DNA from: Ginglymostoma cirratum
Lineage: Eukaryota
DNA: 64,000 bases
Reading direction: 5' to 3'
NCBI GenBank assembly: GCA_024137785.1
Contig: JAHRHZ010000133.1
Location: 25,037,874-25,101,873 of the forward strand
Numbering within the stretch: position 1 is the stretch's first letter; each line of letters opens with the position of its first letter. Below are positions 1 to 11,685 of the stretch, in pieces. The notes beneath the pieces were generated by a model, which had not been told where the DNA came from, searched no databases, and saw only the letters and a list, made by a program, of their open reading frames with translations. Made by a program: the position numbers and the translations under genes.

Positions 1-119
1 TTCATCTCACAAATCGCCCTCAAAAGCTGATTACTTCCTTCACTTCTTCACCTATTCAGTATTCTTCTCTCCATTTTCACCACCAAATTTCAACTTGCAC
101 CTTATCTATGTTGTCAGCT

Positions 120-405
120 TCTATAGATTGAAGAATAGCTAATGTAGCCCCAGTATATGGAGGTAGAGAGAAATTCAGAAATTATACACCTGTTGGCCAG
201 TCATCAGTGCTGTGGAGAACATTACAATCCATTGCAAAAGATTTCATGGGATAAAACTTGGTAAACAATTGGATAGGATCAGATAGTGTCAGCATAGATT
301 TTTGAAAGGGAAATGATACTTGAGAAATCTACAGGAATTTTTGAGGATTTAACTCATACAGTCGATAAGGAGGAGCCCAGTGAATGTGGTTTCTGTGGAA
401 CTTTA
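120..405 (+). mobile_element. Decayed CR1-type LINE fragment (N-terminal part of reverse transcriptase region)
   Basis: Degenerate matches to typical CR1 ORF2 segments (IANV.P, NY.PV..TS, GF.KG..CL.NL..FFE) with stops and frameshifts. Confidence 0.65.
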
Positions 406-2177
406 TTTCTATTTAAATCAATGGAAATAAGCATAAGGTGGATTCTGTAATGGAAAAAACAGTCCACTGTGTCAGTTTATTGTGCATGAGGTGAAGATTA
501 ACCTCTTCACCCCTTCTTCCCCCCCTCCTCCCAATCACTCTACCTGTAATTTCTCATGAGTAATACTGCAAGAATTCTGCTCATAATGATAAAAGCAAAC
601 AATACTATAGCATCACATGCGTAATGGTAAAAAAGATATTGACATGTTTAGGCAAAATAGTTTGATGCCCCTGCTAAGGATTTTCCCTTCCCATTATTTC
701 CACATAGGCATTTTCATTGTGAAATTTGACATCCATGGATAGCCATTCAAGTTTGTCATCAGCATCCAAAAGGTTAAAGAAACTCTCCATGCAGCTTGCA
801 GATATATTCATTAATCCTACGCTTACCATCATTGTGTGATCATAAATTCCTGCTTGTTGAAGGCAATGAAAGGTTTAAAAATATCCTGCAATGCAAGATA
901 TGAAATAACAACTTGCCATCTGCTATTGGCAGACTAATCTCTGCCAGTCACAGGTAGAATTTAAAACCTGGCCAATTTTTTTTAAGTGTCCAAACAGTCA
1001 GATGTATCACAGTCCCAGAAATAAACCAGCAATTTAAATAATGTCTTAAAAATCACTTTGGCATCTGAAGTTGGAATTGTAGTTAGCAAAGATAGCAGGA
1101 CGTTTAGAATTTCACAGTGTAAGTGTCAAGAGTAAATATGAGTTGCAATCTATTGTAGAGGTCAATTTTAATTTTGAAGATGTAGCTTTCAAACAGGATC
1201 AATTATTTAAGTGAATGTTAAACTTTGTTGACTTTATGAATAGTACAATATACATTCCTATCTATGATATAAGAGTAAAATTAAACAACTTGCTGTAATG
1301 TGCCATTTGTGGCATTAAATGTCCACAATGCCAAGTAACTCTTTTTCCAAGTAGTCCATTTACTATTCATAGTTCTAAAAGAAAGTTAACTGCCAACCCT
1401 CAATGAAAAGCATAATTGAATGAACAACATGTCTGCACGTTCCCTCAAAATTTCATATCCCATTGGCTATTTCAAGCATGCTTTAGGAATAAAGAAGCAC
1501 ATTTTCACATTTATCGTCACGTCAATGAAATGCTGACATCTGTGGTACTACAACAGATGTATATATCTGACAATTGTGCAGAGGAGTTATATGTCAAGAA
1601 ACCAAACTGTGTTGTTTGCATCATTCTTTCTCTCTTCCTGGCTAACTAGGTTTCACAATTGCTGCAAAAGCTCAAAACCACAGCATGACAGAAAGCAACC
1701 AAGATGCAAAGAAATACTTTATGGCCTTAAAGTCCTTAAATTGTTAAAGGGCATTTAAACTGCAATATAATGGCATGGTTGATGATTTGTGACTCCTTAT
1801 ACCAATGCATGCAGGGTAGTATGCTCGGGTAGGTGGCAATATATAGGCAGTCATTGCAAGCTCAAAGCGCAACATGTGACATGAGCTGTTACTTAAGAGT
1901 ATGAAACACAACATCTGATACAAACTGTCAGGGGATCCAGTATAACAGGAGCTGTCAGTTAAGAAGCACAGTGTGAGATAAGATTCGAATTAGAGGACAG
2001 TAGAGAGGAATGAAAGGACGTGAATGAAATTGTTACACTCTAATCTAACTGGAAATAGCTACACCTTTAGCATTTTCAGCAGAAATTAACTGTCCCATTA
2101 TCTAATCGATGGATTGAATGGCTAAGAGGATTTTTGAAGACTAGTTTCTTTACACACAATGTGAGATTAATGACATG

Positions 2178-2519
2178 GGCAGCACAGTGGTTCAGTGGTT
2201 AGCACTGCAGCCTCACAGCGCCAGGGACTGGGGCTTGATTCCACTATTGGGTGACTGTGTGAAGTTTGTACATTCTCCCCATTTCCACATGGATTTGCTC
2301 CAGGTGCTCCAATTTCCTCCCACAACCCAAAGATGTGCAGGTTAGGGAGATTAATCATGCTAAATTGCCCAGTGTCCAGTGATGTTTAGGCTAGGTGGAT
2401 TAGCCATGGATAATGGAGGGTTTTAAGATAGGAGAAGGGAGGGGCTGGGTGGGATGCTCTTCAGAGGGTCAGTGTGGACTTGATGAGCCAAATGGCCTGC
2501 TTCCACAGGGATTCTATGA
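2178..2519 (+). mobile_element. HE1-like tRNA-derived SINE (V-SINE superfamily)
   Basis: tRNA-like head GGCAGCACAGTGGTTCAGTGGTTAGCACTGCAGCCTCACAGCGCCAGGGAC, central CCTCCCACAACCCAAAGATGTGCAGGTTAGG, and CR1-like tail ending GGGATTCTATG. Related copies at 50348, 6100 and 53757. Confidence 0.85.
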
Positions 2520-2719
2520 ATGAGGGACAGTTGGGAGGGAAAAAAAACTGCTCTTAGCTAATTTTTTTTGGAATTCACAAATTTGATAGACTTTGGTAGT
2601 GGCTATAATTATTTTAAAAGTTCAGACTGATGAGATAGGGCACCATGGCCTCTTCCAACTTGTGACATTATGTAATTCCAATATTCAATACATAATTATA
2701 ACATCGAATTTATGAGATT

Positions 2720-3225
2720 TTTAGTGAGACCATACCTTGAGAATTGTATCTAGTTTTGCTACAGAAGGAGTACAGTGAAGTCTCATTAGATTGGTTTGTG
2801 GAATGATTGGGCCGTCTAGCAGGATAAATTGAGACTATACTTTCTGGAGTTTAGAACAATAAGAGATGATTTCATTGTAACATAAAATTCATTGAAAGCT
2901 TGTCAGAGTTGACAGTGTAAAGTTGTTTCCCTTGCTGGACATTCTAGAATTTGGGATCAATTTTTCAAATTAAGGAGATTATGATCTAGGACTCAGATGA
3001 GGATAAATTGTTTCACACAAGTGAATGTGTTTTTAGAATTCTCAACATCCATGGGTTGTAGATGTTCAATTGTGTACAATGTCCTAATGGACTTTGATAT
3101 AATTTTGATCTCTGTGGGAAGTAGGAGTTGTGGGTTTTTGGGAAAATTGAGTTGAAGGAGAAGATCCACCTTGATTATTTTGAACTGTGGAGCAGACTCA
3201 AGACGCTAAGTACCCTACTCCTGTT
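2720..3225 (+). mobile_element. Decayed CR1 LINE 3' end
   Basis: LVRP.LE.C-like segment (ttagtgagaccataccttgagaattgt), LEFR.IR.D segment and CR1-like 3'UTR ending cctactcctg. Confidence 0.65.
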
Positions 3226-3402
3226 TTCAATTTTTAATGTATTTAATAGTAAAGGGGAAAAAAATTATGACTTGAATTGGACTAACAATTTTCATTTCAA
3301 TTTAAAAGAAATATTAGACTGGAAGAGATTGGAGTTAGCTGCTGAATGCTCTCTGATGGACTCCTTGCATTATAAATATTACAAATTAAATTTCAAAATG
3401 CT

Positions 3403-3730
3403 TTTAGTTCATTCACAGGATGAGGGCATTAATGGGTAAGCCAGTATTTATTGTCCATTCCTAATTGCCCAGATGGCAGCTGAGAGTGAACCACATTGCT
3501 GTGGGTCTGGAATCACATGTAAACCAGACTAGGTAAGGATTGCAGTCTCCTTCCCTAAGGGTCATTAGTGAACCAGATGGGTTTTTCCAACAATGGTCAT
3601 CCTTAGGCTCTTAATTCCAGACTTTTATTGACTTTTATTTCATCATCTACCATGGCAGGATTGGAACCAGACATTACCTGGGTCTCTGGATTAAAAGCTG
3701 AGGGATTATACCATGAGGCCATCATCTGCT
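3403..3730 (-). mobile_element. tRNA-derived SINE with LINE-derived 3' tail (family not named)
   Basis: Reverse complement aligns by eye with 58395-58772 (CATCTG.TTCAC.AATG.CC.TTAGGGAA...CCTTACCT...TGTGA.TCCAGAC.CACAGCAATGTG). Confidence 0.75.
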
Positions 3731-4274
3731 CCGTACATAAAACATAAGGAGTTGCCGAAGTTGCAAAGAAAATGACCAAAATAATATCAACTGAAGTTAT
3801 AAACTTGCCTTGTTCTTCCAAAGGCAATCTTTTGGTTCTCTACTGGAGGCAAGGTTTTAAATTTTAATGGTAGGCTTAACCAAACCAATGCCTTTACATT
3901 GCCTGATCTTTCAAAAATTCAGCAAAATTGATAAAAGTTAAAGGAGAAATGCTCAAAGCCAAATGCGCTATGGAACTGACATAATTCACTTCAGACACAT
4001 GCAGACCATTCCTACATAGACAGCTGATTTTTATCATTAAGAGGATATACAGAATCAATTTAACTCTCAGATCTACATACTATATTAAGGAAAAGATGGG
4101 AAGCTCAATAATTTGGTTATTTTTAAAATATGGCTTTGAAGCCTTTCAGAGCTATCATATAGACAGTTAAAAAGCCGAAGAGATGTGAAAATATTTGCTT
4201 GGTTTCAATGTGTTTGGAAGTAAGCTGAATACGTGACTCTCAAAGTTATAATGTTGCTGCTGTGGAATATCAGC

Positions 4275-4382
4275 AATTGCTTTACACCTGTTTCTCTCAG
4301 GACAGATGTTATCTAGCATGATATATGTTTCCAATATTTCCTGTTATTGATTCCCAGTATTCAGCAGTATTTTGCTCTTGCC
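4275..4382 (+). mobile_element. Highly decayed Penelope-like short repeat remnant
   Basis: ctgtttctctc...acagatgtt...tttccaatatttcctgtt...ccagtattcagcagtattttgct resembles the family at 56955-57050. Confidence 0.4.
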
Positions 4383-4499
4383 AGTGTTAATTAAGTTTAT
4401 TTTGAAGTGTAATGTTGCAGTGTAGAGAAATTAAACATCCAAATTAAATACATTAACAATCCCTCAAACATCAACGATATTATAGACTGTTTCATTAAT

Positions 4500-4720
4500 G
4501 CTGGATGAGAGATAAACATAAATGGGATATTAGATGAGTTCCCCTGCTCTTCTTTGAACAGTTCATTTTTTTAAATGTTCATTTGTGGAATTCCGGAATA
4601 AAATCATTCTCCAAAAAATATCTCAGCGCTTGGCTGAAGCGTCAGCCTACATTATGTGTACAAGTGTCTGGAGGGATGCTTGAATCCAGGAAATTCAGTG
4701 TGAGTGCTACACTGGAGCCC
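4500..4720 (-). mobile_element. Decayed SacSINE1-like (Deu-domain) SINE
   Basis: gttcccctgctcttctttgaa and gtcagcctacattatgtgtacaagtgtctggagggatgcttgaatcc match the better-preserved copy at 43670-44025. Confidence 0.6.
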
Positions 4721-4943
4721 GTTCGTTTAAAAACAAATACCAACACCAACTAAAATACCGAGGAAAAGACTTCCAAAAAAAAATTTATGAACTTTTTTTT
4801 CCAAGTACGGAACAACATAATCTCAGCCCATGATAAATTATATACCCAGAAAATTTGTCTTTGCCTGAATCACGCATACCCAATTAATTTCCTCAGGTAA
4901 CGTTCCACAGCTGTTCTCCCTTCCCCGATCAAACTAAAGCAAA

Positions 4944-5072
4944 GTAAAAACCGAAAGAACTGCAGATGCTGTAAATTAGGAACAAAAACAGGAGTTGTTG
5001 GAAAAGCTCAGCAGGTCTGGCGGTATCTGTGAAGAAAAAAGTCAACGTTTAGGGTCCGGTGACCACTCTTCA
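4944..5072 (-). mobile_element. Short Penelope-like element with degenerate hammerhead core and 13 bp target-site duplication
   Basis: Direct repeat AAACTAAAGCAAA at 4931-4943 and 5073-5085. Minus strand starts TTGAAGA-GTGGTCACCGGACCC-TAAAC-GTT and ends CAGCATCTGCAGTTCTTTCGG. Confidence 0.75.
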
Positions 5073-5719
5073 AAACTAAAGCAAAACTCTTAACATCACT
5101 CGCTACCTTCCATGTTGCCAACATCCTTGCTCTCCTTAGCATAACAGGGCCGTTTGTCTCAATAGTTCAGGAATCATCACCTTCCATACCACATTCAATT
5201 ATTTCCTCTTTGTATCTGCTCTGATAATCTTCAGCCCTACTAGATTCAGGAGCCGTGCTGTGTGCAGAGTTTTGCATAAGACAGGTAGGGCACATGATTA
5301 TATTTGTTTTTCGTGCATGTTCAGGTCACCAGCCTGAAGCCCGACGCTGCACTTTTAGGGCCGTCATTCTACACCAAACAACGGCACCATTTAACCAATA
5401 ATGCAGTCAATAACGCCATCTGATACTTTGGTATAAAGAACCACAGAGGGGGTAAACCCCAAGGGGCAAAACCCACGTTAAAATCAGCGATATTTTATAT
5501 ATACCACTGAGCGCAAGTTAAGAACAATAATACCATAGCCTATGTCTCAAGCTCTAGTTCTAATGCTGTTCGTACGATATTTCAATTGCTAGACTGTTTT
5601 CTTTTAAAGTGCCAACGCATTACCCTGGGGTAGCTGTATCATACATATAGCATGACCAGTGATCGAATCATTTTCGTTTGATTCATTGATCAGCCCCATA
5701 ATGTTGGCGACTCCTGCTG

Positions 5720-5920
5720 AGGGGCTCTGTTATCTCAGTTGACTGGACGGCTGAATACAATGCAGAATGACTCCAATAGCATGGGTTCAATTCCCCTACT
5801 GCCTGAGGTTACCATGAAGGACTGGGGACTCTCCTTCTCAACCTTTTCCATTACCTGAGGCGTAGTAACCTTCAAGTTAAACCACCACCAGTCGTCTCTC
5901 TCTAAAGAGAGAGCGCAGTT
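5720..5920 (+). mobile_element. tRNA-derived SINE (family not named)
   Basis: A-box/B-box-like head (tctcagttgactgg...gggttcaattccc) and body CTGAGG...CCTTCTCAACC...GTTAAACCACCACCAGTC. Second copy at 42965-43175. Confidence 0.7.
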
Positions 5921-6099
5921 ACGCAGGCACCAATTCCTGTCACATTGGAATTTTGAGTTCAACTATCAAATGATTGCCTTGCAAGTTGCACTTTTATTAA
6001 GTATTAATATTTGAGACTCAACCATGGAAATATGATGAATTATTGGTGAAACAAATGTACTTCGAGTCAGTGAAACTTGTACTTACGTGGCGCTTTTAT

Positions 6100-6221
6100 T
6101 GTGCAAGTTAGATATGTTAGCCATGGGAAAGCAGGATTACAGGGAGGGGGCGGGGTGCTCTTCGGAGGGTCAGTATGGACTTGTTGGGCCGAAGGGTCTG
6201 CTTCTACACTGTAGGGATTCT
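6100..6221 (+). mobile_element. 3' fragment of HE1-like SINE
   Basis: gctcttcggagggtcagtatggacttgttgggccgaagggtctgcttctacactgtagggattct matches the 3' part of 2178-2519. Confidence 0.75.
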
Positions 6222-6408
6222 TTTAAAAAAATCAGTGACAAGTGAGCATGTGCTTTTCGATCGAAACCGCGCTTGCTTTAGCTCATTCTGAATGTTAGGA
6301 GGCTATGGCGTGCGGGAATGGGAGTGGGGTGGGGGGGTGAAATTGAAGGGGATGGGGGTTGAGAATTTTTTCCTGTATAACATTAGACGAGTAAATACCA
6401 AACTGTTT

Positions 6409-6626
6409 GAGATAGTAAGAACTGCCGATGCTGGAGTCAGAGATAACACAATGTGGAGCTGGATAACCACAGCAGGCCAGGCAGCATCAGAAGAGCAGGA
6501 AAGTTGACGGTTCGGGTCGGTACCCTTCTTCAGAAACGAGACAAACAGGAGGCTGGAAAAGCACAGCAAGCCAGGCAGCATCTGGAGGAAAGGAGAAGTC
6601 AACGTTTCGGGTATAGCCCTTAAGAG
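6409..6626 (-). mobile_element. Two adjacent short Penelope-like repeats with degenerate hammerhead cores
   Basis: 6409-6535 is the same family as 42564-42690. Its minus strand reads CTGAAGA-A-GGGTACCGACCC-GAAC-CGTCA. 6541-6626 is a related unit reading AGGGCTATACCC-GAAAC-GTT. Confidence 0.75.
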
Positions 6627-9600
6627 GTAACTTCCAGGGACCACTTCCTGTGGAGATTGAAAGACGCTAGTTTTAGCTGCACCTCTCTGCCCAGCGCCGA
6701 AACAGTTCCGCCCTGGCAGTACATGTCCAGCTCTCCACTCCCGGCCAAGTTGGCATCTACAATGTCTGAAATGGAGAAAGTGTAAGGCCAAAATCTACCC
6801 TACCTCCCTTCGGATTATTTTAACCTGTGCTAAATTCATCAAAGAGCCTTCCAAATGTCTTAATACGCTATTCGACAAACACGGCTTCAAATCAGGTTGG
6901 AGTTGTATCCTAGACTTTACCTGACTTAACGATACTCTGCGATCAGCCACACAAAGTTTCCTCCTGTTTGGACTTGTGCACAGAATTTAACTCTCGGTGG
7001 CTGTGAAGAGCATAAGTTAGCTTTATGTTGACTTGAAAAATCTTTCAATACTATGTCCCAAATTTCGCAAGAGGTTTTAGAAGAACTTAAAAATGCAGCT
7101 TTGCGTCAGGCTGGAGCTGTATCGGAGCTGGTGTGCATTGAGATTCGCGCCAGACCAATTCTGGGCGAGCCCTCGACTCTGTACCGTTTGAGACGGTGTA
7201 TACCTTCGGCGGAATAGTGGACGTTTAAGTAATCCCTCAACTGCAGTCAGGTATGGCCTGGGTTCTCACCGAGAAACGGAAACGTTGTACAGTCAATGAG
7301 CGGCGCTTTTAGCTGTGCCAAGGCTCGCCGTTTTGTAACGCTGATAGATCTACCGGGACTGACAGTTCGGTCTGACAAGTGTATGCAGGACTCAACGCTG
7401 AAAAAAAAAGAAATTGGAAACAAAATAGAGGGAAAGAAAAGCTTTGTACAGTTATCAAAATAGCGAGCAAACTGTAAAAGGGAAACAATACAGAAAATAG
7501 TGCCGATAAATTGGAATAAAATGAAAAGACAACGAACAAATTGACATTATCATATATTGAAATAGAATGAAATATGAACAGACGTTATTAATAAATAATT
7601 CGGTAGCTAGTACGTAGGTAAATATTTATATATATATTTGTGGAAGGATGTCGACTACGCGAAGAATGAAGATGTTACAGTGTGAGAGAATAATGGAAGT
7701 CTTGTATAACGTGTATTTTTTTTAAAAGTTTGTATTTTAAACAAGGAATACGTAACTTTGGTAGTCAGAACGAATTTTGGTTTAAGTTTCATCATAACTG
7801 CACTCATTTCCTAACGTTCAATGTTCGTTTTTCTGTAATTTTGAGTGAACAAACTATACCTGTGACTCCTTACGCTGCTGTTTCCAATGAAAACTGGGAC
7901 GTGTTCAGAGCTCCGTGCAGAGATAACGCTTTGCCGCTTGGTGACGCTAAAGAGGCGCAAAGCCAAGTATGAATCATCTATTGACAGAGGTCACCAGATC
8001 TTCAGTGCCCCAAGTGTTCTGCCAACAAAACCCTCAAAAATATGATGAAAGTACATTGTGATCTTCGTTTCAAGTTGTCTGATGTTAAGGTTGGGATTAC
8101 CTAGTTTTGTACTTTTTTTAACCTAACAACAGAAAATGTGGGTGGGCATTTGTCAAATATTTCCATCCATCTCTACAGTGTCTGTACTCTCCGCCTCAAA
8201 TTTACGAAAAGAATATTTCCAATTCTAAACCAGCAACAGTATTAAGTCCCAACTTTGACACCATCCGTTCTTTTTCATCAGATCGGCTAAAGAAATAAAC
8301 TAAAAGGCTTCCATATTTGATCAAATCTTTAATTTCGTGCGTTTGGTTGCGAAATGCTAGAAACTGTGTTAAAATCTGCATTTTCTAGAGGAATAGCGAG
8401 AACTGTAAGCTTGACAGCAATTGCAATAGTAATATTTATTGCGTGTGTAAATGTCGTTTACAATTTTCTAAAGTTCAGAAGTCAACTAGTTATTGGAAAT
8501 GCCAAAATAAAATCCATTCCTAACTTTAAAAGAAGATTTTGTAGCATTTGTCAGCTATCGATCCGCTTTATTCCTGTCACTTTTAACAGTTATATTGTTT
8601 GCAAAGAGCGTGGCCCATGTGCTGTTTCCCCAGTTTTCAGAGATGCCTTGTCCCTATAGAATAACAAGAGACAACTCTATTAGAGCAAAAATTAAAGAAA
8701 GCGAAGCTTTACAGTCCTATCAGAAAGTCGACCTGTCAGAAAAGTGGAATCTGATTTTTTTTTGTTGTTGCAGTGTTGTTTGGAATAGAAGCAAAATGAA
8801 AAGCCGGCTGCTCCAGACCAGGTATCTGAGCTGTCCGCGCTGCATCCACACCACCCAGAGAGAAGGGAGGTACTCCTTCCCGGAAAAAAAAACTGGGCAC
8901 ATTTACAGACAGCTCGAGTCCGTCAAAACACACAGCAGCATTGCTCCCTAGCCTGATAGCCAGCGGTTATTGTCAGAAGTGGGGCACTGTCGCCCAGCAC
9001 AAAGTGTAAGCGGACGCAGCTTCAGTAAAGAGCGTTTACAAATATCAGATTCAATATTTTCCGGCTGGCGATGCAACCTTTTCTGTTTCATTAAATGACA
9101 CGGAAGTTCTGCCCTAGTCTTGTTTCATTTATTTTTTAAATGAGTTTGTACGGACAGCAGTCGCTTACACGGTCGTTGTTACCAAAGACACAAATTGAAA
9201 ACACATTTCCCCAGTGATTCGTTTATCATCGAACACAACGCAAAGATGAACATCCCAAATACAAGAAATAGCGCAGCAAGTGCCAAGAGTCGAGGCGAGA
9301 AAAAAAAGTGCACTTTGAGTGAAATAAATACATAGCAATGTACTGTTGGCAAACTTCGAATGAATTGTTTTTACGGAACGATAGAATAAATGCAGAGCTT
9401 CTACTATTGGCAGTTGGACTGACCTAGAAATTAGATCTACATCATGCTTCTGTGTTCTTGTTGTGCTTCCGTTAATGAGACAGGCTGCGAGTTACCACCA
9501 GTGTAGGGAATGCAATTTTTTACAAAAACACAAAACACCAACAAAGAGAGAGGAGTCTTGTTTCCAGAACCCGTGGAATGTGTTCAACTGAAAAAAAGAG

Positions 9601-10552
9601 AATATCCCTTTCGTCTTTGTTAAAGCACTAACTTAAACATCACATTTCCCTCCAGCCAATGATGGGGAGAGGGGTGAAAATGTTTTAACGCAGTTTGCCT
9701 TTCAAAATGAAGCTGTACCCTTCAAGTGAACCCCATGTTGTCAAGGTTTTAACAAACACAACATGGGAGTTTGCAAAGATAGTTTCATTTTGAAATTGGC
9801 ACGGGGTTGTGTCTGGCGACGAGAGGCGTGGGGGGTGGGGGGCGAGAGAAGAAATCGCTGCAACCACATTAACCCAAGGACCCAATCACTCCAAGTTGAT
9901 CCAGTGACAATGACGGTGTGGTTGAAGGTTATACTGGGCTGGGAACTCGCCAACCAGAACTGTACTTTTCGTCAGGCCCCAGCCCACCGTCAACTCAGTG
10001 CAACACGTTCAAACCACAAAGTGGTGCTGAAAGAAAATTCATCTGGACACTAGACATGTTCCATGGCTCAGTAACAAATCCTGAAAAGTAAAAGTTTTTC
10101 TTTTTAACGCAGGGTGCTAATTCCGTTGCAACCTTGTAAATAATTCCGGACAATCACCTGAATGAATGACCAGTCACAGACCCCAAAATCAATAGCATGT
10201 ATCATATGGATTTAGGGAAACGTTTCTGCTCTCAACACTTTCTCGTTCCCCTCTCCTGACCTGCCTGACTTGTTCTATGGGGCAGTTCTACGGCAATCCA
10301 TGACTAAACGTTTCATTGAGGACCTGCCCTAATCCCGTCCCCTCATCCCCAAATCCATAGTTTTGCATGTTGCAGTAGGACCGCTCACTGGGCGGTGATC
10401 GGAGCAAAGAACCTCTCAGCGGGTTTTGGCTCTCTTCAGTCTCAACAAAAAATCCTGGCCACCCACCTCAAAGCCCCGCAAATTTACTCGGGACAGATCA
10501 GGGGAAAACCAGGGACACCCTTAAAGCTACATAAATCGAAAAAAAAGTTCGA

Positions 10553-10640
10553 AAAAGAACGTGCATTTGTATAGCACCTGTCGCTAACTCTGTTAGACGC
10601 AAAGCGCTAGACACACCGCGCAATCACTGACGTTTATGTT
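10553..10640 (-). mobile_element. Remnant of SacSINE1/L2-type 3' tail
   Basis: aaagaacgtgcatttgtatagcacct...caaagcgct resembles the reverse complement of the L2-type tail AAAGCGCTTTG...GGCGCTATATAAATGCAAG. Confidence 0.45.
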
Positions 10641-11671
10641 CGCAATTCTAAAACTTTATTTTCAATCAATTCGCTTAGCTAGCAGGGCCCCCTCCAGTTT
10701 CTGATGCACTTTCGATTCCACTCACAATCCCAAGTCCACCACACATAGCCGGGGAAAGGTTCCCGCCGGAAGGGTTTCATAGAATCATAGAATCCCTAAA
10801 ATCCTTCCTGAATAAATACAACAGACCTGAGTTAGAACTAGTATTGTGCAGAAATCGTCAATTGTGAATTAAGTGATAACACCGGCCTAGCGATCAAATT
10901 GTGTGTGACCATGATGGGAATAAGATCGATTTACCACCGTCACGATACCGCCCGGTAAGCGTAATGTCCGGAATGAGGATTGAGAGAGCAGAATATTGAG
11001 AAACATTACTCGCCTGTCCCCATGTTATAGCTACTCCACTTCTGGGAAAGTGGGCAATCAATATTTACTAGTGATTTACTCGTTAGTGAACAACGCGGTC
11101 TCCACCATTAATGGGATCAACATGATATTCATGGTTATCCGCTAATTCGCCCGCGTTTGCAAGAGTTTTGTTTCAGCGCTGTTGTTGGTACCCTCACTTT
11201 GATTGCAGGTTGAAATTAAAATTAAAAATCATGTTCTTCAACTATTTATATTTCCACATGTGCGATAGAAACGGGAATACCAACCCCTCCGGAAATGTTT
11301 ATTTTCTATTATTTACCAATCAGCGCTAAGTTTTTTTTTCTGGGTTACTGAAGGCGAAAGGAGATGTATTGGCATATTCTGTGCTTTCCTGCTGATTTTG
11401 GAAACGATTTATTTTCCGTGGGCTTTAATGAACAATTTTCACGCTGTGGTTGCTAAGAAATGAACTGGCTCATCACAAATTTCAATACGACTATTTAAAT
11501 ATTTTTGTTTTATATGCACCGTCTACTTTTGCAACCTGTAAATATTTATGAAGCATCAGAGCTAATGTTATTAGATATTAGCGGTATTTTGTTTTTATCT
11601 TATGTACAATACATAATACTTGAGACGCCAAAACAGTGGAAATTCCAATTTGTGAGAAATGTGGTGTTTTT

Positions 11672-11685
11672 CCACTAGGCGGCGC
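11672..11685 (+). promoter_or_regulatory. Candidate CTCF site
   Basis: CCACTAGGCGGCGC, one mismatch to CCACYAGRKGGCRC. Confidence 0.45.

Noticed and set aside
2178-2250. tRNA gene
   Set aside because: tRNA-like head of a SINE that continues into SINE body and tail. The same applies at 50348, 5720 and 58395.
9145-9162. REST/RE1 site at CGGACAGC
   Set aside because: Right half-site only, with no TCAGCACC left half.
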